Notes: generated by a model from the sequence alone, not told the origin. Shown: positions 37,555-47,793, numbered from the stretch's first letter. The stretch is DNA of 64,000 nt from Flavobacteriales bacterium (GCA_018402015.1 JAGYJL010000001.1:50166-114165), one strand, 5' to 3'. Numbers and translations are program-made.

Positions 37555-38580
37555 ATGCAGCCAAAAGTCCTCATCATATACACTGGTGGCACCATCGGAA
37601 TGATCCGTGATGAAAAGAACGGTACGCTCAAGCCGTTCCGCCTGAGCAGAGTTATCAAATCCATTCCATCCATCTTGGAATTGGGTATTGAAATTCATGC
37701 CTTGGAATTGGATGAGATCATCGACTCATCGAACATGACACCAGATATCTGGATAGAATTGGCAGGTATAATTGGAGAACAGTATGATAAATTCGATGGA
37801 TTCGTGGTGCTTCACGGGTCAGACACCATGGCGCATAGCGCCTCCGCGTTGAGTTTCCTTCTGGAAAATCTGGCAAAGCCCGTAATTCTTACGGGAAGCC
37901 AACTTCCCATCGGTCTGCCCAGAACCGATGCTCGAGAAAATCTGATTACTGCGTTGGAGATCGCAGCCATGAAGAATGCTGATGGTAATTCGCTCATTCC
38001 GGAAGTATGCATCTATTTTGAAGACCAATTGTACCGAGGAAACAGAACGCACAAGTTCAATTCCGAGAATTTCGATGCTTTCCTATCGCTCAATTATCCG
38101 ATTCTTGCCGAAGCGGGTGTTAAAATAGAAGTGTTCGAGCATAGACTTCTGGAACGGCCTACAAAGAAGCTTGTCGTGCATCAAAAACTGGAAAGGAATA
38201 TTGCGGTCATTAAACTTTATCCCGGCCTTAACTTCCGTATTTACGCAGAAATGTTTCTGAAGAACAACATCGAACTGGTTATTCTTGAAAGCTACGGATC
38301 GGGCAACAGCCCCACCGACAAACAATTTATGGAAGACATAAAAGAGCTGCTACAGAATAATGTGATCGTATATAACGTTACGCAGTGCAGAGAAGGACAT
38401 GTGGAAATGGGTAAATACGAATCGAGTTCTGAACTGGCCACCTTAGGCGTAATTAGTGGTGCTGACGTTACCATTGAGACCGCCATTGCCAAGGGAATGT
38501 TCGTTTTGGCAGCAACCACAGATGTTGAGCAGCGCAAACAATTACTTCAAATATCTCTTAGAGGAGAAATCACGACATAA
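37555..38580 (+). CDS. ansA: L-asparaginase, type I
   Basis: Reads VLIIYTGGTIGM...VVLHGSDTMAHSASALSF...TGSQLP. Confidence 0.85.
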   Translation: MQPKVLIIYTGGTIGMIRDEKNGTLKPFRLSRVIKSIPSILELGIEIHALELDEIIDSSNMTPDIWIELAGIIGEQYDKFDGFVVLHGSDTMAHSASALSFLLENLAKPVILTGSQLPIGLPRTDARENLITALEIAAMKNADGNSLIPEVCIYFEDQLYRGNRTHKFNSENFDAFLSLNYPILAEAGVKIEVFEHRLLERPTKKLVVHQKLERNIAVIKLYPGLNFRIYAEMFLKNNIELVILESYGSGNSPTDKQFMEDIKELLQNNVIVYNVTQCREGHVEMGKYESSSELATLGVISGADVTIETAIAKGMFVLAATTDVEQRKQLLQISLRGEITT

Positions 38581-38650
38581 TTTTTGACCTCATGACGAAT
38601 AACATTTTTTGTATTTTGCGCGCCAATTTGGGGCGTATGCCTTTTTGAAA

Positions 38651-38738
38651 GGAGAGGTGGCCGAGTGGTCGAAGGCGCACGCCTGGAAAGTGTGTAAACC
38701 CCACAAGGGTTTCGAGGGTTCGAATCCCTCCCTCTCCG
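38651..38738 (+). tRNA. tRNA-Ser (anticodon GGA)
   Basis: 88 nt. Acceptor stem GGAGAGG/CCTCTCC, anticodon loop CTGGAAA, long variable arm, T-arm GAGGG-TTCGAAT-CCCTC. Confidence 0.9.
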
Positions 38739-38814
38739 CAGAGGAATGAATTTTTGAAATAGTAAATTGTTAACCATTAAATAAATAGTTGAAAAACTAA
38801 CCACTAACTGAATC

Positions 38815-39654
38815 ATGAAAAAGTTGTTTGCTCTATTAACCGTTGCTGCAGTTCTTAACTTCAGCTACCTACCAATGGTAAATGCACAAGAAGATGCCAC
38901 TGGTGAATCCACAGAACAGGTAGTTGATGAGGCTCCTGCAGAAGAAGTTGCTGCACCCGAAGTTGAGGAACCCGCTGCGCCAGCAGAGGCTCCTGCTGCA
39001 GTGGAAGAAGCTGAAGAAGCTCCAGTAGGATTCCATCAAACATTGAAGACCAAATTCATCGAAGGTGGTGCTGGTTTCATGGGCGTTGTTCTATTGGTAT
39101 TGATCCTAGGTCTTGCTCTTTGTATCGAGCGAATCATCTATTTGAGCTTGGCTACTGGAAACTCAGATAAACTTCTAGGAGAAATTGAAAGCAGCTTGAA
39201 TTCAGGTGGTGTTGAAGCAGCTAAAGAAGTTTGCAGAAACACAAAAGGTCCTGTTGCAAGTATCTTCTACCAAGGTTTGAGCAGAAAAGATGAAGGTCTT
39301 GACATGGTTGAGAAGTCGATCGTTTCTTACGGATCCGTTCAAATGGGTCTATTGGAAAAAGGTCTTTCTTGGATCTCACTTTGTATCGCACTTGCTCCAA
39401 TGCTTGGTTTCATGGGTACTGTAATCGGTATGATCGGTGCATTTGACGCTATTGAGGCTGCGGGAGACATTTCTCCATCATTGGTTGCTGGAGGTATCAA
39501 GGTTGCACTTTTGACCACTGTATTCGGTCTCATCGTTGCAATGATCCTTCAAGTATTCTACAACTATATTATTGCTAAGGTTGACAGCTTGGTAAATGAC
39601 ATGGAGAATGCGTCCATCACTTTCATGGACATCCTTGTAAAAAGCAGCAAATAA
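38815..39654 (+). CDS. exbB: MotA/TolQ/ExbB proton-channel protein with an acidic Ala/Glu/Pro-rich N-terminal extension
   Basis: Signal-like N-terminus, then an EAPAEEVAAPEVEEPAAPAEAPAAVEEAEEAP tract, then the three-TM ExbB core (LAPMLGFMGTVIGMI). Confidence 0.85.
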   Translation: MKKLFALLTVAAVLNFSYLPMVNAQEDATGESTEQVVDEAPAEEVAAPEVEEPAAPAEAPAAVEEAEEAPVGFHQTLKTKFIEGGAGFMGVVLLVLILGLALCIERIIYLSLATGNSDKLLGEIESSLNSGGVEAAKEVCRNTKGPVASIFYQGLSRKDEGLDMVEKSIVSYGSVQMGLLEKGLSWISLCIALAPMLGFMGTVIGMIGAFDAIEAAGDISPSLVAGGIKVALLTTVFGLIVAMILQVFYNYIIAKVDSLVNDMENASITFMDILVKSSK

Positions 39655-39688
39655 TAACTGTTAGTAATAACCGTTTAAAGAAATAATC

Positions 39689-40009
39689 ATGGGAGATTTC
39701 ATGGCAAACTACGGCATCATTATCTGTTACATCCTTTTGGCTGTTGCGGTATTGGCGGCCGTAGTATTCCCAATAATCCAGCTTGCTCAAAACCCTAAGA
39801 ATGCAAAAGGTGCATTAGTGGGAATCTTAGCACTGGTAGTAGTGGTAGGCATTTCGTATGTGCTTGCTTCTGACAATAATCCGAGCAACATGGAAATTAG
39901 TGCTGAAGGAGCAAAGCAGGTCGGAACTGGTCTGTACGCTTTCTACATTCTATCACTTGTTGCGATCGTTGCACTCGTTTATTCTGAAGTAGCTAAACTG
40001 TTCAAGTAA
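39689..40009 (+). CDS. small membrane protein (3 TM), hypothetical
   Basis: Hydrophobic 106-aa ORF between exbB and exbD. Its stop overlaps the exbD start (TAATG). Confidence 0.55.
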   Translation: MGDFMANYGIIICYILLAVAVLAAVVFPIIQLAQNPKNAKGALVGILALVVVVGISYVLASDNNPSNMEISAEGAKQVGTGLYAFYILSLVAIVALVYSEVAKLFK

Positions 40010-40644
40010 TGGCCAGATCTAAAAGAGAAATACAAGAAATCAATGCCGGCTCTATGGCCGACATCGCTTTCCTGTTGCTGATCTTCTTTCTGGTTACTAC
40101 CACCATGGATGTGGATACTGGTCTCATGCGCGTTCTTCCTCCGTATGTTGAAGAACCACCAGAGGATCAGCCAGATGTAATCAAGCGTAACGTATTCGTG
40201 GTTCTTGCCAACTCTGCTGATAATCTTCTTGTTGAAGATGAGTACATGCAAGTTGAAGACCTGAAAGACGCAGCAAAGGAGTTCATCTTAGGAAAACCGA
40301 ATGACCCAACGGACATGGCATTTCCAGAATTTGAACCTGCCAGCAACAAACCTGAGAGCTATGATCTGGTCATCAAATATTGGGGAGCTAACAAGTTGGT
40401 TTCAAAGCAGATCATTTCGCTTCAGAACGACCGTGGTACATCCTACGAATTGTATATAGCCATTCAAGATGCCTTGGCCAGTGCTTACCAAGAGGTAAGA
40501 GACGAAGTTGCTAAAGAAAGATTCGGTAAGAAGTATGATGACCTAGCAAATGGAAATGAGCAGGAACAAGAACAGGCGAAAGCTGTTAAGAAACTAGTTC
40601 CTCAACGTATTTCTGAAGCAGAACCTAAAGACATCGGACAGTAA
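40009..40644 (+). CDS. exbD: ExbD/TolR family biopolymer transport protein
   Basis: Reads INAGSMADIAFLLLIFFLVTTTM, with a long periplasmic tail. Confidence 0.85.
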   Translation: MARSKREIQEINAGSMADIAFLLLIFFLVTTTMDVDTGLMRVLPPYVEEPPEDQPDVIKRNVFVVLANSADNLLVEDEYMQVEDLKDAAKEFILGKPNDPTDMAFPEFEPASNKPESYDLVIKYWGANKLVSKQIISLQNDRGTSYELYIAIQDALASAYQEVRDEVAKERFGKKYDDLANGNEQEQEQAKAVKKLVPQRISEAEPKDIGQ

Positions 40645-41123
40645 TGCAGATCAGGAAAAAAAAGCAGAAAAGCGTTCCACCGGTATCTACAGCATCATTG
40701 CCAGATATCGTTTTCATGCTGTTGTTCTTTTTCATGGTAACAACAGTAATGCGCGAAACCTCATTGAAGGTGGTACACATTATTCCTAAGGCAAAAGAAG
40801 TTGCCAAGTTGGAGCGTAAGTCGTTGGTGGCCTACATTCACATTGGTCCTCCGTTGAAGCCTTTGCAATCAATTTACGGAACAGAGCCTCGTATCCAACT
40901 GGATGATGCTTTTGCAACACCAAAAGATATTCCAACGTTTGTTGAATCAGTAAAAGCAGCTACTAGCGAACCTGAAATTCCATTACTTACCTATTCTCTT
41001 AAAGTGGATAGAGAAACTAAAATGGGTATTGTGGTAGACGTGAAGCAAGAGTTGAGAAAAGCGCAAGCTTTGAAAATCAATTACTCAACCAGTAAGATCG
41101 TTGACAAGGAAGCGTTACAGTAA
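40644..41123 (+). CDS. exbD: ExbD/TolR family biopolymer transport protein (second copy)
   Basis: Reads STASLPDIVFMLLFFFMVTT. Its start overlaps the previous stop (TAATG). Confidence 0.85.
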   Translation: MQIRKKKQKSVPPVSTASLPDIVFMLLFFFMVTTVMRETSLKVVHIIPKAKEVAKLERKSLVAYIHIGPPLKPLQSIYGTEPRIQLDDAFATPKDIPTFVESVKAATSEPEIPLLTYSLKVDRETKMGIVVDVKQELRKAQALKINYSTSKIVDKEALQ

Positions 41124-41150
41124 GCTTCGACTTTTGTAAAATTCATATTG

Positions 41151-41177
41151 AAAAAGGAGGCCAGTGGTCTCCTTTTT
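41151..41177. terminator. bidirectional hairpin between convergent exbD and the CPBP gene
   Basis: AAAAAGGAGGCC-agt-GGTCTCCTTTTT, 11 of 12 bp paired. Confidence 0.55.
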
Positions 41178-42091
41178 CATTTCACAAGGGTCGCTTCCTG
41201 TTGCTGTTTGAACAGATACAATAGCATCAAACAGAACATCAACGAAAAACCAACCAACGCTGGGTTGCCTAGCCCAGCAGATTCAATGTCTTTTTCTATC
41301 AAACCATGCTGTAGTCCATACGAGAGCATGACCGAAAGGGCATTATTGGTAAAATGAGCAATGATCGGATACCACAGATTTCCGCTCCAAAAAAACAGGT
41401 ACCCCATGGCAACGCCCATCAGCAAACGAGGAACAAAACCGAAAAACTGCAAGTGAATAGCACTGAAAAGCACGGCAGCTAACCAAATAGCAAGATGAGG
41501 GTTCCGTGTTTGCTTGAAAAACCCTTGCTGAATAATTCCTCTGAATATCAACTCTTCACCAACAGCTGGTAACAGCGCAATCATAAATAGATTGAATACC
41601 AACAATAACACACTTGGCATATTGAGGAAGGTCTCGGTAAGAGTTCCCGCCTGGGCCTCTTTACCTTGCATCCAATCCCCTATCCATGTCGGAATTTCAA
41701 CGTTTGAATTCCAATCGGCCAAATAATTCACAAAAGGAAATGCTACCATGAAGAAGACAATGCTGATAAGCACAGGTTGTCGTGTAGGAATCGCCAGCAT
41801 ACCTTTCACCATCTCCGCAGATGAAGAGATCCATAGATACACCGCGGAAGGGATAATTAACATACCTATTGCCTGTAAGACTTGCATCAACCGTAACGCT
41901 GGCAATAGTTCAGGATCGCTATAATCATCCAAAAGACCAGGATTAGAAAGTAGTGGTATATCTAAGAATAACTCAGAAATAGCGAAACCTAAGAACGAAA
42001 AAATGGATGCTCCGGTAAATACAAAGAGCAACATCAACAATACCCCATTCAAAGGCGAACGTTGTATATAGGATTGTAGAGATTCCTTCAA
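41177..42091 (-). CDS. CPBP family intramembrane glutamic endopeptidase (CAAX protease-like)
   Basis: Multi-TM protein with motifs GEELIFRG, FSAIH and HFTNN. Confidence 0.85.
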   Translation of the reverse strand: MKESLQSYIQRSPLNGVLLMLLFVFTGASIFSFLGFAISELFLDIPLLSNPGLLDDYSDPELLPALRLMQVLQAIGMLIIPSAVYLWISSSAEMVKGMLAIPTRQPVLISIVFFMVAFPFVNYLADWNSNVEIPTWIGDWMQGKEAQAGTLTETFLNMPSVLLLVFNLFMIALLPAVGEELIFRGIIQQGFFKQTRNPHLAIWLAAVLFSAIHLQFFGFVPRLLMGVAMGYLFFWSGNLWYPIIAHFTNNALSVMLSYGLQHGLIEKDIESAGLGNPALVGFSLMFCLMLLYLFKQQQEATLVK

Positions 42092-42097
42092 ACTGAT

Positions 42098-43123
42098 TTG
42101 AGTAACTTTGAACTCGAAAAACGCGTGGTAAAGATAGGCGATATAGAGGTCGGGGAATTCCCGTTATTGCTTGCTCCGATGGAGGATGTGAGCGATCCAC
42201 CATTCCGTGCGGTATGCAAGGATAATGGAGCTGATGTTATGTTCACGGAATTCATATCCTCTGAGGGTCTTATTCGAGATGCGGCCAAAAGTGTTCAAAA
42301 ACTGGATATTTTCGAATATGAGAGGCCAATCGGGATTCAGATTTTTGGAGGAGATATTGATGCCATGCGAGAATCGACTGAAATCGCTACGGCAGCAAAG
42401 CCAGACATTATCGACATTAATTACGGATGCCCAGTAAAGAAAGTGACCTGCAAAGGCGCTGGAGCTGGAATTCTGCAAGACATACCGAAGATGGTTGCAA
42501 TGACGGCTGAGATCGTAAAAAGCACACATCTTCCGGTTACAGTGAAAACCCGGCTAGGCTGGGATTCTGAATCCATGTACATACAAGAAGTGGCCGAGCG
42601 GCTTCAGGATGTGGGTATCAAGGCCATCAGTATACATGGCAGAACACGCGTTCAGATGTACAAAGGCGAAGCAGACTGGACCTTGATAGGAAACATCAAA
42701 GACAATCCTCGCATTACAATTCCTGTATTTGGCAATGGTGACGTTGATAGCCCTGAAAAAGCTAAGCAGATGCGCGATAACTATGGCGTTGACGGAATTA
42801 TGATAGGAAGAGCCAGTATCGGTTACCCATGGATTTTCAATGAGATAAAGAGTTATTTGAACACCGGGCAACATCTGCCTCCACCAACCATAGACCAACG
42901 CGTAGATACCTGCCTTAAACATTTCGACTTTTCAGTAAAATGGAAGGGAGATCGCGTAGGAAACGTTGAAATGAGAAGGCACTACGCGAATTACTTCCGC
43001 GGCTTCCGCGATTTCAAACAATTCAGAATGCAGTTGGTAACTCTCAATGAGAACGAGCAGATAAGGCAAGTTCTTGAAGATGTTCGAAACTACTATTCGC
43101 GCATGGAAGAGCCTGCGGTATAA
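42098..43123 (+). CDS. dusB: tRNA-dihydrouridine synthase B
   Basis: Reads LLLAPMEDVSDPPFR...INYGCPVKKV...HGRTR. True start is possibly GTG at 42125. Confidence 0.9.
   Translation: MSNFELEKRVVKIGDIEVGEFPLLLAPMEDVSDPPFRAVCKDNGADVMFTEFISSEGLIRDAAKSVQKLDIFEYERPIGIQIFGGDIDAMRESTEIATAAKPDIIDINYGCPVKKVTCKGAGAGILQDIPKMVAMTAEIVKSTHLPVTVKTRLGWDSESMYIQEVAERLQDVGIKAISIHGRTRVQMYKGEADWTLIGNIKDNPRITIPVFGNGDVDSPEKAKQMRDNYGVDGIMIGRASIGYPWIFNEIKSYLNTGQHLPPPTIDQRVDTCLKHFDFSVKWKGDRVGNVEMRRHYANYFRGFRDFKQFRMQLVTLNENEQIRQVLEDVRNYYSRMEEPAV
42103..42110 (+). promoter_or_regulatory. candidate -7 box (TAACTTTG) upstream of dusB
   Basis: Perfect TAnnTTTG match lying inside the ORF-track N-terminus (TTG start at 42098). 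Suggests a GTG start at 42125 (VVKIGDIEV). Confidence 0.35.
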
Positions 43124-43164
43124 TTACGTTCCGCAAACTTTCAGCGTGCTAAGCATTCCTTCGG

Positions 43165-43172
43165 TATATTTG
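43165..43172 (+). promoter_or_regulatory. candidate -7 box (TATATTTG) upstream of the second TonB-dependent receptor
   Basis: Perfect TAnnTTTG match 22 nt before ATG 43195. Confidence 0.4.
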
Positions 43173-43194
43173 GCATTCTTGAAAAACCGCTCGT

Positions 43195-46128
43195 ATGAAG
43201 AGAATGATACGATTACAGTTACATTTTAAGTTTACCTCTTTGGTATTCCTTTTCTTGTTGCTTAGCACAGTAATTAAAGCACAGGAGTTATCAGGCACCA
43301 TTACCGATTCCGATTCTGGAGAACCATTGTTCGGTGCCAGCGTGGTAATTACCGGAACAGCGGTGGGCGCAACTACAGATTTTGACGGAAAGTTCAAATT
43401 CAATGTAGGCAAAAAGCCTCCATTTCAGATCAGCGTTTCGTACATCGGCTATCTCAAGCAAGACATCGAAGTAAAATCATTGGCTCCGCTTGATATCAAG
43501 TTGGCAACCGATGCCGTTATGCTCGAAGGTGTAGTAGTAACAGACGTTCGGGTTTCAGAGAAGCAAAAGGAATCTGCGCTTACAGTGGAGAGTATGGACA
43601 TCATTGCCATTAAAGAAACTCCCGCAGCCAACTTCTATGATGGTCTTGGAAACCTGAAAGGAGTTGACCTCACAGCTGCTAGTATTGGCTTCAAGGTAAT
43701 CAACACACGCGGTTTCAATAGCACTTCTCCTGTTCGTTCTCTTCAGGTAATTGACGGTGTGGATAATCAGTCACCTGGTCTGAACTTCAGCCTTGGAAAC
43801 TTTCTTGGAGCATCGGAATTAGATGTATTGAAAGTAGACATTATACAAGGTGCAAGCTCTGCATTCTACGGGCCGAACGCCTTCAATGGTGTAATTGATA
43901 TGAAGACCAAGAGTCCGTTCATCAAGCCAGGTTTGGAGGCACAGGTTAAGATCGGAGAACGAAACTTGGCAGAAGCAGCTGTCCGTTGGGCACAGGTTTT
44001 CAAAAACAAAGACGGAGTGGACAAATTCGCCTACAAGGTCAACCTGTTTTACCTGCAGGCCAACGATTGGGAAGCAGATAATCTAGACCCGATCTACGAC
44101 CTCGGAACCCCAGCAAACAACCCTGGGGGTTACGATGCGGTAAATAGATACGGAGACGAAGACCTTGCAGGAGGAAACGATTTCCGTGAGCAGATAGCCA
44201 ATTATCCTGGCCTTGGTATTTTTTACCGAAGAGGCTACATGGAAAGAGACCTGGTCGACTACAACACGAGGAATTTCAAAGCCAATCTTGCTGCTCATTA
44301 TAGAGTCAAGGAAGATATTGAACTTATCTATTCATTCAATTTTGGTACAGGAACAACCGTTTATCAAGGAGAGAATCGATTCTCATTGAAAGACATGCTC
44401 TTCTTTCAGAACAGAATTGAATTAGCCAAGAAAGACAAATGGTTTGTCAGAGCTTATTCTACCAATGAGGATGCGGGTAAATCGTATGACGCGGTTGTAA
44501 CTGCATTCAAACTTTTGAATAACCAGCGGACGTTAGAAGACTACAACACGGCCTATGCAAATTATTGGTTGCAAACTGTACGGCCACAAGTTCGTTCGCT
44601 GTTGGCAGATAATGGCGTTACATTCGGTGGAATTGGAGTTGGTTGGGATACAGATGCTATAACTCAGGTGCTTTCTCAATTTCCAGATACTCTAACGTAC
44701 TGGCATCAGCAAACCACGAATGCACTTTCGTCCAACCCTTTGCTAGGATATCCAGAGCCTGGCACAGAGCGATTTAACGAATTGTTCAATCAAATAAGCA
44801 CAACTATCTACACGGATAACAGCATTGAGGGTGGTGGTTCAAGATTCTATGATAAATCAGCGTTATATCACCTTCATGGTGAATACAAACTAGAACCAGA
44901 AGTAAAAGGAACCAATATTGGACTGTTCACTTTTGGAGCCAATGGTCGTTTATACGCTCCTAATTCTCGAGGAACGATTTTCGATGAAATGGTTATTGAC
45001 CGGCAGAATGTCGAAGTACCAGACCCACTTGGTGGTGTTCGCGATTCCGCGGTCTTCGATACCTCATTCAGAAAGATCTTCAATTGGGAAATGGGCGTGT
45101 ACGTGGGTTGGGAGCGCAAGTTCTTTAACGAGAAATTGAAGGTGAGTTTTGCTGCCCGTTTGGACAAGAATCAGAACTTCCCGTTTGTTGCTTCTCCTGC
45201 ATTCTCGCTTGTGTATCTTCCAACCAAAGACCACACAATTCGTGGTGGATTTTCGTCTGCCATTCGTAATCCTACTTTGGCAGATCAATACTTGTACTAC
45301 GATGTGGGTAGAGCTATACTTATTGGAAACCTAAATGGCTTCAACGACCTGATCACAACAGAATCATTTGTGGATTACCTGAACGGTGGTCTGCAAGACA
45401 CAATTCTAAATTACTTTGATGTAGCTCCAATAGTTCCAGAAAAAGTGAAGACCGTGGAATTAGGATACCGCGGGTTCTTCTTCGGTAAACTCTATGTTGA
45501 CGCATCCTATTACCTGAGTTTCTATGACGATTTCATCGGTTTTCAGCTCGGTGTCGAGTCTGATTTCGACACTATTCTAGGCTTGCCATTCAACACCCAG
45601 GTATACCGGGTTTCGGCCAACAGTTCAAATCAGGTGATCACTCAAGGAGCATCAATTGGTCTGAGTTACTACTTCCAGAACAAGTATTCGCTTACTGGTA
45701 ACTATTCTTGGAACAAACTGCAAAAAACAAATGCAGACGACCCGATCATACCAGCATTCAACACACCTGAGCACAAATTCAATCTAGGATTCTCGGGCCG
45801 AGATCTGGGTAAAGCCAAGCTTGGTCATTTCGGATTCAGTATGAATTACAAATGGGTTCAAGGCTTCTTGTTTGAAGGCTCTCCACAATTCACCGGAATT
45901 GTTCCAACCTACGACATGTTCGATGCACAGGTGAGCTATCGGATACCAAGCGACAAAATCACCTTCAAAGTAGGTGTGTCTAACTTATTCGGGGTTCAGC
46001 CTTTCTTCCAAGAAGGCAGCGTTGGAGACCGATTTGAAAACGCCTTCAACAACTTGAATGCTCAAGTGTACGGTGGTCCACGTGTTGGTCGTATGGCCTA
46101 CTTCTCCATCCTATTTGAATGGAATTGA
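43195..46128 (+). CDS. TonB-dependent receptor with CarboxypepD_reg domain (977 aa), paralog of 28784-31636
   Basis: Reads LSGTITDSDSGEPLFGASVVITGTAVGATTDFDGKF. Motifs shared with the paralog include IQGASSAFYGPNAFNGV and DPIIPAFNTPEHKFNLG (versus DPIIPGFNTPEHKINVG). Confidence 0.9.
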   Translation: MKRMIRLQLHFKFTSLVFLFLLLSTVIKAQELSGTITDSDSGEPLFGASVVITGTAVGATTDFDGKFKFNVGKKPPFQISVSYIGYLKQDIEVKSLAPLDIKLATDAVMLEGVVVTDVRVSEKQKESALTVESMDIIAIKETPAANFYDGLGNLKGVDLTAASIGFKVINTRGFNSTSPVRSLQVIDGVDNQSPGLNFSLGNFLGASELDVLKVDIIQGASSAFYGPNAFNGVIDMKTKSPFIKPGLEAQVKIGERNLAEAAVRWAQVFKNKDGVDKFAYKVNLFYLQANDWEADNLDPIYDLGTPANNPGGYDAVNRYGDEDLAGGNDFREQIANYPGLGIFYRRGYMERDLVDYNTRNFKANLAAHYRVKEDIELIYSFNFGTGTTVYQGENRFSLKDMLFFQNRIELAKKDKWFVRAYSTNEDAGKSYDAVVTAFKLLNNQRTLEDYNTAYANYWLQTVRPQVRSLLADNGVTFGGIGVGWDTDAITQVLSQFPDTLTYWHQQTTNALSSNPLLGYPEPGTERFNELFNQISTTIYTDNSIEGGGSRFYDKSALYHLHGEYKLEPEVKGTNIGLFTFGANGRLYAPNSRGTIFDEMVIDRQNVEVPDPLGGVRDSAVFDTSFRKIFNWEMGVYVGWERKFFNEKLKVSFAARLDKNQNFPFVASPAFSLVYLPTKDHTIRGGFSSAIRNPTLADQYLYYDVGRAILIGNLNGFNDLITTESFVDYLNGGLQDTILNYFDVAPIVPEKVKTVELGYRGFFFGKLYVDASYYLSFYDDFIGFQLGVESDFDTILGLPFNTQVYRVSANSSNQVITQGASIGLSYYFQNKYSLTGNYSWNKLQKTNADDPIIPAFNTPEHKFNLGFSGRDLGKAKLGHFGFSMNYKWVQGFLFEGSPQFTGIVPTYDMFDAQVSYRIPSDKITFKVGVSNLFGVQPFFQEGSVGDRFENAFNNLNAQVYGGPRVGRMAYFSILFEWN

Positions 46129-46178
46129 TATTGAACTTTTAGTACCTTTAAACCTTAATACTCGATAAATCTAAAATC

Positions 46179-47774
46179 ATGAAAAAACTATTACTCTCAG
46201 TCTTTTCCTTAGGACTTGCTGTTGGTGTTGCCAATGCACAAGAACGTTATTTGGATGAGATCTTCACAGACGTAGATGTGACTGCGCAGGTTCAGTACGG
46301 AACAAACTTCAACTTCTTGTTGGGTTCTCCTACTCCGAACTTCCCGTTGAACACAGATGTTTATGCACCTAATGGCGACAATGAAACCAATAGAGCCGCG
46401 GTGATCCTACTTCACACAGGTAACTTTCTACCGAAGTATTTGAACCAAAGCCCAACTGGAGATAACAAAGACAGTTCGTTGGTTGTGTCTGCAGAGATGT
46501 TCGCAAAGCGTGGATATGTTGCGTTTGCTCCGAACTATCGTTTGGGTTGGGACGCTACTACTACTGACCCAACTTATGGACCAGATATTAGAAGAGGGAC
46601 GCTCCTAACTGCAGTTTACAGAGCTATTAACGACACCAAATCATTGGTTCGTTACCTGAAAAAATCGGTAGCTGAGGATGGAAACCCTTACGGAATCAAT
46701 CCAGACAGAATCATCGTTTATGGTCATGGTTCAGGAGGTTATGTAGCATTGGCTTACGGTTCTCTAGACAGAATTGAGGAACTTGAAAACGAAGCAAGTG
46801 GAAAATGGTTGAGCTCAACTACAGTTCCGGGGACTTCAATTGTAGAAAATCAACTTTATTTCAGTACCGATCTGGTTGGTGGTATTGATGGTTTCGGAGG
46901 TCTTTACAACGACACGAACCACTTCGGTTACACCAACGATGTTGTAGCTTGTATCAACGTTGGTGGTGCTTTGGGAGATTCTGCATGGATGGAAGTTGGC
47001 GAACCGCCATTGATTTCATTCCACTGCCCTAACGATGGTTTTGCACCGTTCACTCAAGGATTGGTAATTGTACCAACAACTCAAGAGGTTGTTGTTGACG
47101 TTGTGGGTAGCCGTTGGGCTATCGGACAGGCCAATGCTTTGGGTAACAACGATGTGCTTTACGGATCGACTCCTTACAACGATCCTTACACGATAGCTGC
47201 AGAAACAGCATTACAGTCAAACCACCCAGACCTTGGTTTGAATCCTGCAGATTACAGAGGATTGTTCCCATTCAACAGACCAACAATTCAGTGGCCATTC
47301 CAAGAATCCAGCCCATGGGATTTCTGGGAGGAGAATTCATTGATAGCAGCTGCAAGCCCATTGGTTGGCGGTACTGCTGCACAAGCAATTCATGACAATG
47401 GTGTTAGTGGTAGCCCAAGCATGTCTCCTGCACTTGGAAAAGCTTACTTGGATTCTATCCACGGATTCCTTGCTCCAAGACTGCATCATTTGATCAACTC
47501 AGATGTGAGTGTAAAGGAAAGTGAATTCCTTAATGAGAACACGTTCGTTTATCCTAATCCGGCTCACGATTACCTAGTTGTGAAGACGAAAGAAGGAATC
47601 AGAATCACTGATGTTGAGATCTATGATGTAACTGGTGCTCTTGTAAGAACTGAGAATGGTTTGAACAAGTTGAGCCATCAGATCAATGCAATCAACAATT
47701 TCCCAGCTGGTCTTTACCTGATCAAGGTAACTACCGACCGTGGAGTTGTTACTCGCAGAGCGCTGGTTCAGTAA
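46179..47774 (+). CDS. alpha/beta hydrolase (esterase/lipase-like) with T9SS type A CTD
   Basis: Has a signal peptide. Reads VILLHTGNF...IIVYGHGSGGYVAL (GxSxG-like). C-terminus reads FVYPNPAHDYLVVKT...GLYLIKV. Confidence 0.72.
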   Translation: MKKLLLSVFSLGLAVGVANAQERYLDEIFTDVDVTAQVQYGTNFNFLLGSPTPNFPLNTDVYAPNGDNETNRAAVILLHTGNFLPKYLNQSPTGDNKDSSLVVSAEMFAKRGYVAFAPNYRLGWDATTTDPTYGPDIRRGTLLTAVYRAINDTKSLVRYLKKSVAEDGNPYGINPDRIIVYGHGSGGYVALAYGSLDRIEELENEASGKWLSSTTVPGTSIVENQLYFSTDLVGGIDGFGGLYNDTNHFGYTNDVVACINVGGALGDSAWMEVGEPPLISFHCPNDGFAPFTQGLVIVPTTQEVVVDVVGSRWAIGQANALGNNDVLYGSTPYNDPYTIAAETALQSNHPDLGLNPADYRGLFPFNRPTIQWPFQESSPWDFWEENSLIAAASPLVGGTAAQAIHDNGVSGSPSMSPALGKAYLDSIHGFLAPRLHHLINSDVSVKESEFLNENTFVYPNPAHDYLVVKTKEGIRITDVEIYDVTGALVRTENGLNKLSHQINAINNFPAGLYLIKVTTDRGVVTRRALVQ

Positions 47775-47793
47775 TCACAATACAATAATTAGA

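Noticed and set aside
38547-38816. An 89-aa minus-strand ORF.
   Set aside because: It directly overlaps the well-folded tRNA-Ser gene (38651-38738) on the opposite strand.
38651-41123. tRNA-Ser as an integration site for a genomic island.
   Set aside because: There is no integrase and I noticed no direct repeat of the tRNA 3' end. The downstream genes are an ordinary exbB-exbD cluster.
41148-41357. A 69-aa plus-strand ORF after exbD.
   Set aside because: It starts inside the terminator hairpin and is antisense to the 3' end of the CPBP protease gene.
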